64,000 nucleotides of DNA from an uncultured Acidobacteriota bacterium (lineage in GTDB: Bacteria; Acidobacteriota; Vicinamibacteria; Vicinamibacterales; UBA2999), in the NCBI GenBank assembly GCA_963807105.1, contig CAWEAM010000006.1, positions 90,292 through 154,291 of the forward strand, written 5' to 3'. Position numbers and translations under genes: made by a program. Position 1 is the stretch's first letter, and each line of letters starts with the position of its first letter. The notes beneath the pieces were generated by a model. That model did no database searches. It saw only the letters and a list, made by a program, of their open reading frames with translations, and was not told the origin of the DNA. This document shows positions 37,894-48,292 of the stretch, in pieces.

Positions 37894-38362
37894 TGCGATC
37901 TCCTAAAGCTGTCAGGCTCTGGCTGATCGTAAGCGACAGCGCTTCGCGAGCGAGTGACGACTGGCATCGTCAATCCGAACACCCTGTCGCCACGGCGAGC
38001 GCCCGGCAGACAAGCCGCATTCGGGCGGGATCGAGCGTACCGACGAATGACCCAACCTGGCGGAACCTCGTCAGGCCAAGAGCCGCGCCCACCCCGTTCG
38101 TGTCGATCTTCGTCCCCACTGACCAGCTCTACTGGAGCGTATCAACGAAATCCACAGTGACAACATCGCGCTCGGCCGCGGCTGCAGTCGAACTCGACCA
38201 TATATCCAACTAGTACGTCCCTTCACGCGACGTTCTTGGGCGGCTGCGCTCTGACACGGGGCGTTACTTTTCCGTCGCGATTGTCTTTGTCGCCTGATTC
38301 TTCCGCTTTATCTGATCGACGGGGTTCCGTTGTTCGTCGAATAGATCGAAGGAGTCACGACC

Positions 38363-39478
38363 ATGCAGTCACCAATCGATCGCGACTGCCACCCTCGGCT
38401 CGGCGTGTTCGGTTCGATCGCCGCCCTCGTACTGGTCGTACAGGTGTTGGCGCCAGAGCAGGTCGCAGCGCAACCCGCTCTGACGTGTGGTCAGACCGTC
38501 ACTGGAACCATCGGGACTGCTGGGCAACTGGATCAGTTCACGTTTCTTGGTGGATCGGGGGATGTCGTCAGCTTGACGTTGGTCCAGACCAGCGCGGTCG
38601 ATCCAGCGTTCACGGCGGTAGTCACCCTGGTTGGACCCGGCACGAACACCACGCGGACTTTTGGCGTCAACTTCCATACGCTGCCCGCGACCGCTGTCTA
38701 CACGGTCGTGGTCCACGACGTGTCCAACACGCGTCGTGGAAGCTATGCTCTCCGGCTTGGCTGGGCGCTGCCGCTGAGCAAGCAATGCGGCGACCGTACG
38801 GCCCTGGCCTGTGGCCAAGAGGTTGAAGCATCCATCTCGGCGCCGCTGGAACTCGATCTCTTTACGTTCTCCGGCCCGCAAGGAAGTGGCTTCCTCTTGA
38901 CGCTTCTGAAGCTCACCGACATCGATGTTGGGTTCCAGGCGCATGGACGGCTCCTCGGCCCCGACGGGGAGGAAATCAAGTTTGTGGCAACCGGCACGAC
39001 CACCCCCGTGACTCTTCCCGTAGCGGGCACGTACATCCTGGCCATTCATGACCTGGGTAACTACAGGCGGCGCGGAACCTATTCGCTGCGGTTGGCACCG
39101 CAGGGAGCCTGTCCGCCGGCCCCGGTTTCGCCGTCTCTCAGCCTCGGGCTCAATGCGACCGTCTTCTCAGCGGGCGCAGCGATGACGGTGACCGGAATCC
39201 TTAGTGCCGGCAATATTCCCGGACTCGTCGATGCCTACGTCGTCTTGCAGCTTCCAACCGGTGAGTTCCTCTCGCTGCAGCTCGGCGGTCGGTTCGCCCC
39301 GGGCCTCATCCCGATTGCCCGGCAGATCGCGCCGTTCGACTTTCAAGGCGTCCTTGCTCAGTACACCTTCACCGGTGTCGAGCCACGCGGCACCTATACG
39401 TGGCATGCGGTGCTCGCCACGCCGGGAACGCTGAACTTCTTGAGCCCGCCCCAGCAACTGGCGTTCGTTGTGCCCTAA
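38363..39478 (+). CDS. Secreted protein with two tandem PPC-like beta-sandwich repeats
   Basis: Signal peptide; two repeats ALTCGQTVTGTI...DQFTF...LPATAVY...RRGSYALRL and ALACGQEVEASI...DLFTF...LPVAGTY...RRGTYSLRL. Confidence 0.75.
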   Translation: MQSPIDRDCHPRLGVFGSIAALVLVVQVLAPEQVAAQPALTCGQTVTGTIGTAGQLDQFTFLGGSGDVVSLTLVQTSAVDPAFTAVVTLVGPGTNTTRTFGVNFHTLPATAVYTVVVHDVSNTRRGSYALRLGWALPLSKQCGDRTALACGQEVEASISAPLELDLFTFSGPQGSGFLLTLLKLTDIDVGFQAHGRLLGPDGEEIKFVATGTTTPVTLPVAGTYILAIHDLGNYRRRGTYSLRLAPQGACPPAPVSPSLSLGLNATVFSAGAAMTVTGILSAGNIPGLVDAYVVLQLPTGEFLSLQLGGRFAPGLIPIARQIAPFDFQGVLAQYTFTGVEPRGTYTWHAVLATPGTLNFLSPPQQLAFVVP

Positions 39479-39714
39479 GAGTGCCGGCCGCGTGGATCGT
39501 GGCATGAATCGCCGCCAGCCGCGGTGCCAAGCCCTGGAGATATGTCGCGAACCACGCGGCCACGACACTAGACTAGGTGCGGTCACGGGCGATCGGAGCG
39601 CAGCGCAGGCCACGCCGTGATGCGAGCGCCGTCGTTGGTCGGCGCGTCCGGAGTGGCTTGGCCGTCGACGCTGACGCGCCCGCGTAAGACGTCGAGAACG
39701 TTGCAGGAGGACAG

Positions 39715-41001
39715 GTGAATTCTGCACTCGTTGACGTTCGCTCCGCGGTACAACCCACCCTGCGGCCGGTAGCGGAGCACGAGCGCCTGGATTTGCTCGA
39801 CATCGTCCGCGGCTTCGCGCTGTACGGCGTACTGCTCGCCAATCTCGTGTGGATCACGACCGACGTCGTGCTCACCGATGCGCGGCTGGCGCAATTGCCG
39901 ACTGCTCCGCTCGATCGCATCGTCAAGCCGCTGATCGTGTTTTTCGTCGATCACAAGTTCTACACGCTGTTCTCTTTTTTGTTCGGCCTGGGATTTGCGA
40001 TTCAGCTCGCACGAGGCGAAGAGCGCGGCGGAGACGTCGTGGCCACGTGCGCAAGGCGCGCCGGCATCCTCGGCGTCATCGGACTTCTGCACATCGCACT
40101 GATTTGGTTCGGCGACATCCTGCTGCTGTACGCGATTGGCGGCTTCGGCCTCCTGTTGGTGCGGCAGTGGAATCTGCGCCTCATCCTGATTTTGGCGGTA
40201 ACGCTCGCGCTCTTTGCGCGTGCCGCGGTCGGCGAGTACCCGTTGCTCGCCGGGCAGCCGGCAGCAACGCCAGCGAGCCACGGGATGCAGTTCGATGCTG
40301 AGAAAGAGCGCACGCTCGCGGTGTTCGAGAGCGGATCGTACAGCGCGATCGCCGCCAAAAACCGCTCACTCTATTACGGAGATGTCATGATCCGCGGGAT
40401 TGGACTGTTCCTGTTCCCGCAGGTGTTCGCTCGATTCCTGCTCGGTCTCTACGTCGGCCGCAGGCAATGGGTGCATCGCACCGCGGAACTCGTGCCCGTT
40501 CTTCGACGCTTGCTTCCGTGGACTCTCGTCGCCGGACTCGTGGGAAATGCCGTGATGCTACTGGTACAGCGTCTACGGCACGAGGGTGTGGTGGGCCTCG
40601 ATTCGTACTGGGTGCACGCGGCCGCGCCGATCGAAGAAGCGGGCATCCTGGCGATGTCCTTCAGTTACTGCGCGTTAATCATCGTCGCCTTTCATCGGAG
40701 CGGCGCCTGGAGGCGGCGGCTCTCACACCTTGCGCCGGTCGGACGCATGGCACTGACCAATTACCTCACGCACTCGGTCCTCTACTTGTTGCTCTTAACA
40801 GGTGTTGGCCTCGGCCTCTATGGTGAGGTTGGTCCTGCGCTCTGCGTGGTCCTGAGCCTCGCGATCTTCGCGGCGCAGATTGTTTTCAGTCGCTGGTGGC
40901 TGGCACGCTTTCGGTTCGGTCCCGCGGAGTGGCTGTGGCGGACGCTGACGTATGGCCAGTTGCAGCCGATGCGCGCGGTCGCGTCTGCAGGCACCGCGTA
41001 A
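39715..41001 (+). CDS. DUF418 (YeiB-like) membrane protein
   Basis: RLDLLDIVRGFALYG, KFYTLFSFLFG, VGRMALTNYL, GPAEWLWRTLTY. Confidence 0.92.
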   Translation: MNSALVDVRSAVQPTLRPVAEHERLDLLDIVRGFALYGVLLANLVWITTDVVLTDARLAQLPTAPLDRIVKPLIVFFVDHKFYTLFSFLFGLGFAIQLARGEERGGDVVATCARRAGILGVIGLLHIALIWFGDILLLYAIGGFGLLLVRQWNLRLILILAVTLALFARAAVGEYPLLAGQPAATPASHGMQFDAEKERTLAVFESGSYSAIAAKNRSLYYGDVMIRGIGLFLFPQVFARFLLGLYVGRRQWVHRTAELVPVLRRLLPWTLVAGLVGNAVMLLVQRLRHEGVVGLDSYWVHAAAPIEEAGILAMSFSYCALIIVAFHRSGAWRRRLSHLAPVGRMALTNYLTHSVLYLLLLTGVGLGLYGEVGPALCVVLSLAIFAAQIVFSRWWLARFRFGPAEWLWRTLTYGQLQPMRAVASAGTA

Positions 41002-41083
41002 CAGGACGAAGGCGATGCTCATGCCATCAGCTTGACGCGCCTCAGCGCTTCGTCCGGCGGCGCATCACGTGCGGCGATTCAGG

Positions 41084-43513
41084 TTATTCGAGGCGCAGCG
41101 CTTCTACGGGATCGACCCGCGCGGCGCGTCTGGCTGGGACGAGTGCCGCCGCCCCGGAAACTGTCAATAGGACAGCCGAGACGACGAGCAGCGTGAGCGG
41201 ATCTCGAGGCGAGACGCCGACGAGCAGGCTTTGCAGCAGCTGCCCGGACACGAGCGCCAGGAGCAGCCCCAGGACAATACCCGCCACCGCATTCCGCACG
41301 CTTTCGCCGACCACCTGGCGCGCCACCGATGCCGGCGACGCGCCGACGGCAAGGCGGACGCCGATCTCGTGCGTCCGGCTGGCGACCAGGACCGCGAGCA
41401 GCCCATACATGCCCAGCGCCGCGAGCGCCAGCGCCGCCGCTGCAAACGAACCGATGACGTCGGTGGCCACGCGCCGCTGCGCGAGCTGTTCCGAGAGGAT
41501 GCCGGCAAGCGATGTCGGACGGCTGAGCGTGATGCGCGGGTCCACGGCGCGGATCGCTGCCCGCACATCCGGCACGATCGCCACTGGATCGGCGGTCGTC
41601 CGCACCAGGATCGACAGGCTGGTTTGCGGGAACTGACGCGTGCTCAGGTAATAGGCTGGCTCCGCCGGCTGCTCGAGTCCGCGGACGCGTTCGTCGGTCA
41701 CGACACCCACGATCTGGAATTCTGCTGGCGCATCGCCGTAAAGGAAGCGTGCCGAACCGCTCCGGATCCGCCGTCCCAGAACGCGCCCGCCCAGCGCGCG
41801 AGCGAATGTCTCGTTGACGACCGCCGCACCAGGACCGTCGAATGCATCGCGTTCGTTCAGCGTCCGTCCGTCGAGCAGCTGTACATCGAGCGCCTCGAAG
41901 TATCCAGGGCTTACGATGCGGAGCTGCACCTGCGTGCGCCGATCGTCCGCTGTCGTATCCCCTGTCACAACTGGCGCCTCGCTCCAGTTGGCTTCGAGCG
42001 GATGATCGTAGGCGGCGGCCACCGCGCGGACGCCCGGCCGCGCCGAAATCGCCGTGAGGAGCCGCTCCTCAATCGATCCAATGCTTCGCGCCGAGAGCGG
42101 AGTCGTCGAGGGTAGTCCGATGTCTGCAACCAACACGTCGTCCACCGCGAATCCGGTGTCCTGACGACTGACCGACCGCAGCGATTGCGCAAGGAGGCCC
42201 GCCGAGGCGACGAGGGCAACCGTGATCGCCACCTGCGAGATTACGAGAAAGCGATACACCAGGCCGCGCGGACGCACAGTTGCGCCTCGTGGTGACGGCG
42301 CAGACACGATCAGCCGCGCGATCGGCCAGCCGGCAAGGATCAGGATGGCGACCGCGGCCAGGCCAACCGCGAACAACGCAGTGCGCCAGTCGAGGCCCGG
42401 CCCGGTCAGAAGCGGTACCGACGCCGGGAGCAGGCCAGGCACGATCGCGAGCGCTGCCCGGGTCATCAACATACCCGCGGCCGCTCCGGCGGCTGCCAGT
42501 AGCCATGCTTCCAGCGCGAGCTGCCGAACGAGACGTGCGACGCCAGCGCCAATCGCCGCGCGCAGCGCGAACTCGGCCCGGCGCGACTCGTACGCCGACA
42601 CGTATAAAGCCGCAAGGTTGGTGCATGCGACGAGCAGCACGGCGAGCGCCGCGCCCAGAAGTGCGAGGAGCGGCGTCCGTGCGTCGGAAACCAGTTGCGC
42701 GCGGAACGGTGCGAGCCTCGCGCGATGGGGATCCACGGCGGCGGCGTCCGAGGTACAGTTCAACCGCTCCACCACCTGGCCTGCGCTGACGCCAGGCGCC
42801 AGCCGGGCAACCACGCCGAACACGTGCGAGCGGCCGCTCTGATCGAGCTGGGGGGTGCGCGGAATCGGAACCCAGAACTGGCGCGACTCTGGGTCGAGTG
42901 TGACGTTGGCCGGATTGACCGGCCAGGCGGGGAAGGCGACCGGTGGCATGACGCCGACGATCGTGAACGGCTGGCCGCTCAATCTGATCGTGCCTCCCAC
43001 AGCGTCTGGCCGTCCGCCAAGTCGTTCCTGCCAGAACGCGTGCGAGAGCACGACAACGTGATTGCCGGGTACATCCTCGCCCGGCACGAACGTGCGTCCG
43101 TGCAAGGGCCGAATGCCAAGCGTCTCGAAATAGTTGACCGACACGCGCACGCCGCGGACCGCGGTCGCCGCGCCCTCGCTCTCGATGGTGAAACCGGCCG
43201 AGCCGAAGAGCGCGATCGAGGCCAGCCCGCTCGCCGCGTCGCGCCACGCCGCGTGACGCGCGCCGGTCACCCGGGACGCCTGCGGATCCCCGTCGCGATC
43301 GACTTCTTCCCACACAAACACCAGCCGCGACGCGTCGTCGAACGGCAGGGGGCGCCAGAGGACAGCCGTCGCCAGGCCGAAAGCGGTCGTCGCAACCGCG
43401 AGAGTGACCGCCAGCGTGACCGTCACTGACAGCCCAAAGAGCGGACGGCGGCGCAGATACCGCAGCGTCCAACGCAGATCCTGAGCGAGGATGTCAGACA
43501 TGGGGCTGGTCAT
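41084..43513 (-). CDS. ADOP-family duplicated ABC transporter permease (MacB/FtsX)
   Basis: QDLRWTLRYLRRRP, ACTNLAAL, RTHEIGVRLAVGA, PARRAARVDPVEALRLE. Start at 43513 or 43501. Confidence 0.93.
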   Translation of the reverse strand: MTSPMSDILAQDLRWTLRYLRRRPLFGLSVTVTLAVTLAVATTAFGLATAVLWRPLPFDDASRLVFVWEEVDRDGDPQASRVTGARHAAWRDAASGLASIALFGSAGFTIESEGAATAVRGVRVSVNYFETLGIRPLHGRTFVPGEDVPGNHVVVLSHAFWQERLGGRPDAVGGTIRLSGQPFTIVGVMPPVAFPAWPVNPANVTLDPESRQFWVPIPRTPQLDQSGRSHVFGVVARLAPGVSAGQVVERLNCTSDAAAVDPHRARLAPFRAQLVSDARTPLLALLGAALAVLLVACTNLAALYVSAYESRRAEFALRAAIGAGVARLVRQLALEAWLLAAAGAAAGMLMTRAALAIVPGLLPASVPLLTGPGLDWRTALFAVGLAAVAILILAGWPIARLIVSAPSPRGATVRPRGLVYRFLVISQVAITVALVASAGLLAQSLRSVSRQDTGFAVDDVLVADIGLPSTTPLSARSIGSIEERLLTAISARPGVRAVAAAYDHPLEANWSEAPVVTGDTTADDRRTQVQLRIVSPGYFEALDVQLLDGRTLNERDAFDGPGAAVVNETFARALGGRVLGRRIRSGSARFLYGDAPAEFQIVGVVTDERVRGLEQPAEPAYYLSTRQFPQTSLSILVRTTADPVAIVPDVRAAIRAVDPRITLSRPTSLAGILSEQLAQRRVATDVIGSFAAAALALAALGMYGLLAVLVASRTHEIGVRLAVGASPASVARQVVGESVRNAVAGIVLGLLLALVSGQLLQSLLVGVSPRDPLTLLVVSAVLLTVSGAAALVPARRAARVDPVEALRLE

Positions 43514-43598
43514 AAGACGAGGGCCGATTGGCATTCGTTGGCTGGTCGGGCACCTGTTCGATGCGGCAGTAAGATAGCTAAGCGCTACGGAGGGACTA

Positions 43599-44354
43599 AT
43601 GATGAGAATTGTGTCGAGGCTAACCCTGGCGTGGCTGCTTCTCGCCACGCCGTGCGTCGCGTTTGCGCAGACCGCCGACGAAGTGATCGAGAAGAGCATT
43701 GCCGCGCTGGGTGGCCGTCCCGCGCATGCGAAGATCAAATCGCGAACGGTGAGCGGGACGATCACGCTGACTACGCCCGTCGGCGACATCAGCGGACCGA
43801 TCGAGGTCCTCAACGCCGCGCCCAACAAGCTCAGAACGCTGATCAAAGCCGACCTGTCGGCGCTCGGCGCCGGCGAGCTCGTTGTCGACCAGCGCTTCGA
43901 CGGCAGCACGGGTTACGTGCTGGACTCGCTGCAGGGCAATCGCGACATCACGGGCAATCAGCTCGACAACATGCGCAACTCGTCGTTCCCGCACCCGTTC
44001 CTCAACTACAAGGAGCTCGGCACCAGCGCGAAACTGAGCGGCAAGGAAAAAGTTGACGATCGCGAGGCCTTCGTCATCGTCTTCGAGCCGACCAGCGGCT
44101 CGGTCGTCAAGCAATACATCGATGCGGAAAGCTTTATGCCGATGCGAATCGTGATGACCGTCAACGTTCCGCAACTGGGCTCCGATCTCGAGCAGACCAC
44201 CGACGTAAGCGACTTTCGCGAAGTGGATGGTGTGAAGATTCCCTTCCGCCTGCGCTCTTCGTCGTCGCTGCAGAGTTTCACCGTCGTGATCCAGAAAGTG
44301 GAGCACAACGGCGCGGTTGACGACAAGCTGTTCGTCAAGCCGGGCGCGCTCTGA
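43599..44354 (+). CDS. Secreted hypothetical protein (LolA-like/outer-membrane lipoprotein-sorting fold)
   Basis: AQTADEVIEKSIAALGG, SDFREVDGVKIPF, VDDKLFVKP; GGAGG RBS. Confidence 0.8.
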   Translation: MMRIVSRLTLAWLLLATPCVAFAQTADEVIEKSIAALGGRPAHAKIKSRTVSGTITLTTPVGDISGPIEVLNAAPNKLRTLIKADLSALGAGELVVDQRFDGSTGYVLDSLQGNRDITGNQLDNMRNSSFPHPFLNYKELGTSAKLSGKEKVDDREAFVIVFEPTSGSVVKQYIDAESFMPMRIVMTVNVPQLGSDLEQTTDVSDFREVDGVKIPFRLRSSSSLQSFTVVIQKVEHNGAVDDKLFVKPGAL

Positions 44355-44364
44355 TGAGCGTCCC

Positions 44365-44913
44365 CTATTCGAGCACGATCCGCTGCGTAACGTTGCCCGA
44401 CGCGATCGGCCTGACGGAAAACGCAGGGTTGCGCCGCATCTCCGCGGTGACGAACGGATCGCCTTCGAACACGATCTCGAAGATCTTTGGCGCACGGCCC
44501 GGCGCGGACACTTCGAAGTGAATGTGCGCCGGCACGCGGCTTCCGGGGTAGGAGCCGGGCTTGATCGTTTCGAACGACCACGCACCGCTCGCGTCGGCGC
44601 GCAGGAACAGCTTGAGACGCGGATTGCGATTGTCGCTGACGGGTTTCACCCCATAGTAGCCTTCGCGGTCCGTCTGGTAGACGTAGAGTGACGCCCCGCG
44701 GATCGGCGAGCCGTCGGCGGCGACGACGACGCCACTCACGGTGAGCGGCTCACCGGGCTCGGCTGGCGGCGAGACGCGCCCGCTCGACGGCGCGTCGGCC
44801 GGCGCTTCGTGCGCTGACTGCGCGTCGGCACAAACGCCGGCGAGCACCAGCGCGACCACCAGCACCAGGCGCGGTGAAAGCGAGGCGCCTGGCGCGGCAA
44901 TCAGATGGCGCAT
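44365..44913 (-). CDS. Intradiol ring-cleavage dioxygenase-like protein with signal peptide
   Basis: EPGEPLTVSGVV, YQTDREGYY, TIKPGSYP, PAHIHF. Confidence 0.82.
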   Translation of the reverse strand: MRHLIAAPGASLSPRLVLVVALVLAGVCADAQSAHEAPADAPSSGRVSPPAEPGEPLTVSGVVVAADGSPIRGASLYVYQTDREGYYGVKPVSDNRNPRLKLFLRADASGAWSFETIKPGSYPGSRVPAHIHFEVSAPGRAPKIFEIVFEGDPFVTAEMRRNPAFSVRPIASGNVTQRIVLE

Positions 44914-45026
44914 GGTCGATGTCCTTTCGCGGCATCGTCTCACAGCGCACGCGTCGAGCGGCGCCATCCAGACGATTGGGCGGGCCGGATCAGGTGACGG
45001 AATGAGCGGAACCAAGAGGAGTGGCA

Positions 45027-45569
45027 ATGGCACACGCAGGCGAAGGGCCCGCGTTCACAGCCGCGTTGGTGGCGGCCGGCCGTGCGGCGGACATTCCCGA
45101 AGCGGCCGATGTCTACGGCTGGTTGATCGGTAGCTGGACCTTGGAAGTCGTGCGGTACTGGGGAATGGACGTTTCAGCCGAGCGAATCGGCGGCGAGATC
45201 CACTTCGGCTGGGTGCTGGAGGGCCGCGCCGTTCAGGACGTCTGGATCATGCCTGCCCGCAACCGTCGCAGCGGGACGATCGACAAGAAGAAGAACATGT
45301 ATGGGACGACGCTGCGCGTCTGGGATCCCACTATCCAGGCGTGGCGGATCACGTGGAGAAATCCCGCGGGAGACCATCACGAGGAGCAGATCGGCCGCCG
45401 AGTGGGCAAGGACATCGTGCAGCTCGGCACGCGCCCCGACGGAACGCCCACGCGCTGGACCTTCACCGACATCACGCCGGATTCGTTTCACTGGCTCGGC
45501 GAATCGCTCGACCAGGACGGCCGCACCTGGCGGCTCGAAGGCGAGTTCCGGGCCACGCGCTCCCGCTAG
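45027..45569 (+). CDS. Hypothetical protein (DUF1579-like beta-barrel)
   Basis: YGWLIGSW, FGWVLEGRAVQDVW, YGTTLRVWDP, RWTFTDITPDSFHW; GAGGAG RBS. Confidence 0.75.
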   Translation: MAHAGEGPAFTAALVAAGRAADIPEAADVYGWLIGSWTLEVVRYWGMDVSAERIGGEIHFGWVLEGRAVQDVWIMPARNRRSGTIDKKKNMYGTTLRVWDPTIQAWRITWRNPAGDHHEEQIGRRVGKDIVQLGTRPDGTPTRWTFTDITPDSFHWLGESLDQDGRTWRLEGEFRATRSR

Positions 45570-45591
45570 CGCAGCCGAGGGCAGAACCTCC

Positions 45592-46213
45592 GTGGCAGCC
45601 TTCGACGTCCTCCGCGCCTACCTCGAGGCGCGGGCCGGGTTCAGCGAGAGCGAATTTGCGTTGATCCAGACGGTGTTTTACGCCGTTGCCGCTGCGCGCC
45701 GGCGAGTTCGTGCAGCGCGGCGGCGAAGTCGCACGCCACGCGGCCTTCGTCGCGTCGGGCTGCTTGCGGAGCTACGTCATCGACGCCAAGGGCAAGGAGC
45801 ACATCGTCCAATTCGCGCCGGAGACATGGTGGCTCGCCGACGCCACGAGCTTGTCGACGCAGGTGCCGTCGCAGTACTTCTACGATGCCATCGAGGACTC
45901 GGAGGTCCTGCTAATCGAGCCGGCCGGGCAGGATCGGCTCGTTGCCGAAGTGCCTGGATACGCGGCGGCGTTCCGCAAGGGACTCCAGCGCCACGCCGCA
46001 GCGAAGGATCAGCGCATCGTCCTATCGCTGAGCGCGACGGCGGAGGAGCGTTACCTGAACTTCCTGGCCACCTATCCGACGATTGCGACGCGTGTTCCGC
46101 AATTCATGCTGGCGTCGTACCTTGGCGTCTCGCCCGAGACGGTCAGCCGCGTCCGGAAGAATTTGTCGCGCAAGGAGACCGCCGGCCGTCGGCAGCCGAA
46201 CCCGCTGCGCTGA
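45592..46213 (+). CDS. Crp/Fnr family transcriptional regulator, frameshift near 45680
   Basis: FVASGCLRSY, GKEHIVQFAPE, AEERYLNF, LASYLGVSPETVSRVR. Confidence 0.88.
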
Positions 46214-46518
46214 CCGGCTGCGCCAGCAGGATCATGCGCGCGGTGAACATTCGCACGAAGTCGCCGAGCGTGACCTTCGCCACGCGTTCGACATGCTGCA
46301 GGCTGCCGCTCGACCGCCCGTCGCGCACGACAATGCGCTTGAAGAAATGTCTCGCGTCGTGCCAGCGCGTGATGTGGGATGCGACGCCGTCGTAGTCGCA
46401 GGCGCCGTGCCGTGAACGGGCAACTGCGGTTATCATGACCAGCGTCCAGCACGCCAGTGATTCACGATTCGGGTCCGACTCGCAAAGTGCAGATCAATTC
46501 CAAAGGCGAAAAGTAGAC

Positions 46519-47237
46519 GTGCCCAATCGCGACCGCATCGTTGTCTTCGCTCTCCTCGCCGTCTCCATGGCGCTCCTCATCCCCGGACTGTTTGCGCCCG
46601 TCCTGAGCATTCGAGGCTACCTCACGCGTGACGGCGTCGCGAAGATTGCGCCGCAGCTGCTGGAGAAGGGCCTCGACGACGAGACCGTAGCATCGCTCAA
46701 GTCGATGATGAACCCGCAGATGGTGGCGTTGCTGCAACTCACCGGCGGCAACCTGCGCAAGACGCTGATCGAGAAGCTCTCGCCGCAACTCGCCAAGGCG
46801 CTGCAGAAGAGCGTCGCCGAACTCGAGGTCTACACGCAGACGCGCAGCATCATCAGCTCGGTGCAGAACTTTATGAGGTGGGCAGCCCGGTGCCGGCCAC
46901 GTTGATTCTGCTCTTCAGCGTCATCGTCCCGTTCGGCAAAGCCAGCAACGTGGCGTGGGCGATGTTCGTGGAGGACGCGATCGCCGGCGCCGCGCGCTGG
47001 GGTTCGTCGAGACGATCGCAAAGTGGTCGATGGCTGACGTGTTCGTCGTCGCGCTGTTCATCGCCTATCTCGCCGCGAAGGCGACGCAGTCGTCGGGTGA
47101 TCCGGCCACGCCGCCGCTGGTGGCGTTCGACGCGCAGTTCGGTCCGGGCTTCTACTGGTTTGCGGCGTATTGCGTTGTTCTCCCTCGCGTCGCAGCAATA
47201 CACCGCCCGCCTCGCGCGCCGGGAAAACGCTGTCTGA
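46519..47237 (+). CDS. pqiA: Paraquat-inducible protein A-like membrane protein, frameshifted
   Basis: TRSIISSV, LILLFSVIVPFGK, IAKWSMADVFVVA and FGPGFYWFAAYC across frames. Confidence 0.75.
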
Positions 47238-47289
47238 CGATTGCCAGGGGTCGCCCGTCAAAAACGTCTGTCGAGAGCGTTCTTGCAGC

Positions 47290-47738
47290 TTCACGCGACA
47301 GCTGCGAGGTGCAGTGCGGACAGCGCGTCGCTTTGTCGGATCGTCGAGGCGCAGAATGGACAGTCGCGGGTTGCTGAACGACGGCCGCGGCGGGACGCTC
47401 AACGGCGCGCTTGATCCGGTTCACCTGCTTGACGAGAAGGAAGATGGCGAAGCCGACGATCAGAAACTGACGATGTCGTTGATCAATTGGCCGTAGGCGA
47501 TGACGGGGATGCCTGCGTGCTTTCGCGTCGGCGAGCGACGCTGGGATGCCTTCGATCGAATCGAGCACGAGGAACAGACTGCAGAAGTCCGCATTGCCGA
47601 GCAGTTGTCCAATCGGCGGCATCAAGATGCCTTCGACGAGCGTGGTCACGATCTTGCCGAATGCGGCGCCGATGATGACGCCGACGGCAAGGTCGATGAC
47701 GTTGCCGCGCGCGATGAACTCGCGGAATTCTTGAGCAT
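47290..47738 (-). CDS. mscL: Large-conductance mechanosensitive channel with C-terminal Cys-rich tail, frameshifted
   Basis: EFREFIARGNVIDLAVGVIIGAAFGKIV, FLIVGFAIFLLVKQVNR, ATRCPHCTSQL. 3' end approximate. Confidence 0.9.
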
Positions 47739-47814
47739 CTGGCACCAATGAACGGGCCGGCCGAGAGGATCGGGCGGAGCGCAATGCTCCGCCGCGTACC
47801 ATGTCGCGTGACGA

Positions 47815-48177
47815 TTAAGGGCAGGTCGCTGAGACCATCTTCATCGCGGTGAGCCTCATGTAGTGATCGGCCTTCGGCGGCGCGGGCTTCTCTTTCTCCG
47901 CTTCGGCGCTGGCACGTCGGTGCCGGTGATGTCGATCTTGTGGCCGACATGCGGGGCAAGGTTGGCCGTCGACGCCATGATGCCGATCATCTTCGGGCCC
48001 TTCTCTGCGGTGCTCTGAACGAAGAATGTTCCTCGCCGTGCCTCTCTGTAGACAACCGGTCATCGTGTGTTCCTTCGCCGCGGGCTTGTCCGCGCCGAGG
48101 CTTGTCCTGCGCGATGTGCCCGCCGGCAACGAGCACGCAGCGATGGCAAAAAGACTCGTACACAACCAGCTCTTCAT
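47815..48177 (-). CDS. Small secreted hypothetical protein, frameshifted
   Basis: AGGAGG RBS; MKSWLCTSLFAIAAC...TMTGCLQRG...HVGHKIDITG...MKMVSATCP. Confidence 0.7.
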   Translation of the reverse strand: MKSWLCTSLFAIAACSLPAGTSRRTSLGADKPAAKEHTMTGCLQRGTARNILRSEHRREGPEDDRHHGVDGQPCPACRPQDRHHRHRRASAEAEKEKPAPPKADHYMRLTAMKMVSATCP

Positions 48178-48222
48178 AGGACCTCCTGGGTGCCTCTCTA
48201 AAGAAAGTCGAAATGTATCACG

Positions 48223-48259
48223 AAAGAAAAGAAAGAGGCCGGTCCAAAGACCGGCCTCT
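48223..48259 (-). terminator. Rho-independent terminator after the PQQ dehydrogenase gene
   Basis: Perfect 11-bp stem AGAGGCCGGTC-CAAA-GACCGGCCTCT followed on the minus strand by TTCTTTTCTTT. Confidence 0.85.
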
Positions 48260-48292
48260 GTTGATTTAAGGTGCGCTGTGCGGCCGTGAACG

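Noticed and set aside
37893-38360. Long intergenic region with short ORFs
   Set aside because: No convincing coding signal, repeat or RNA structure found by eye.
46143-46436. Minus-strand 97-aa ORF between crp and pqiA
   Set aside because: No motif or RBS, and it overlaps the crp 3' end.
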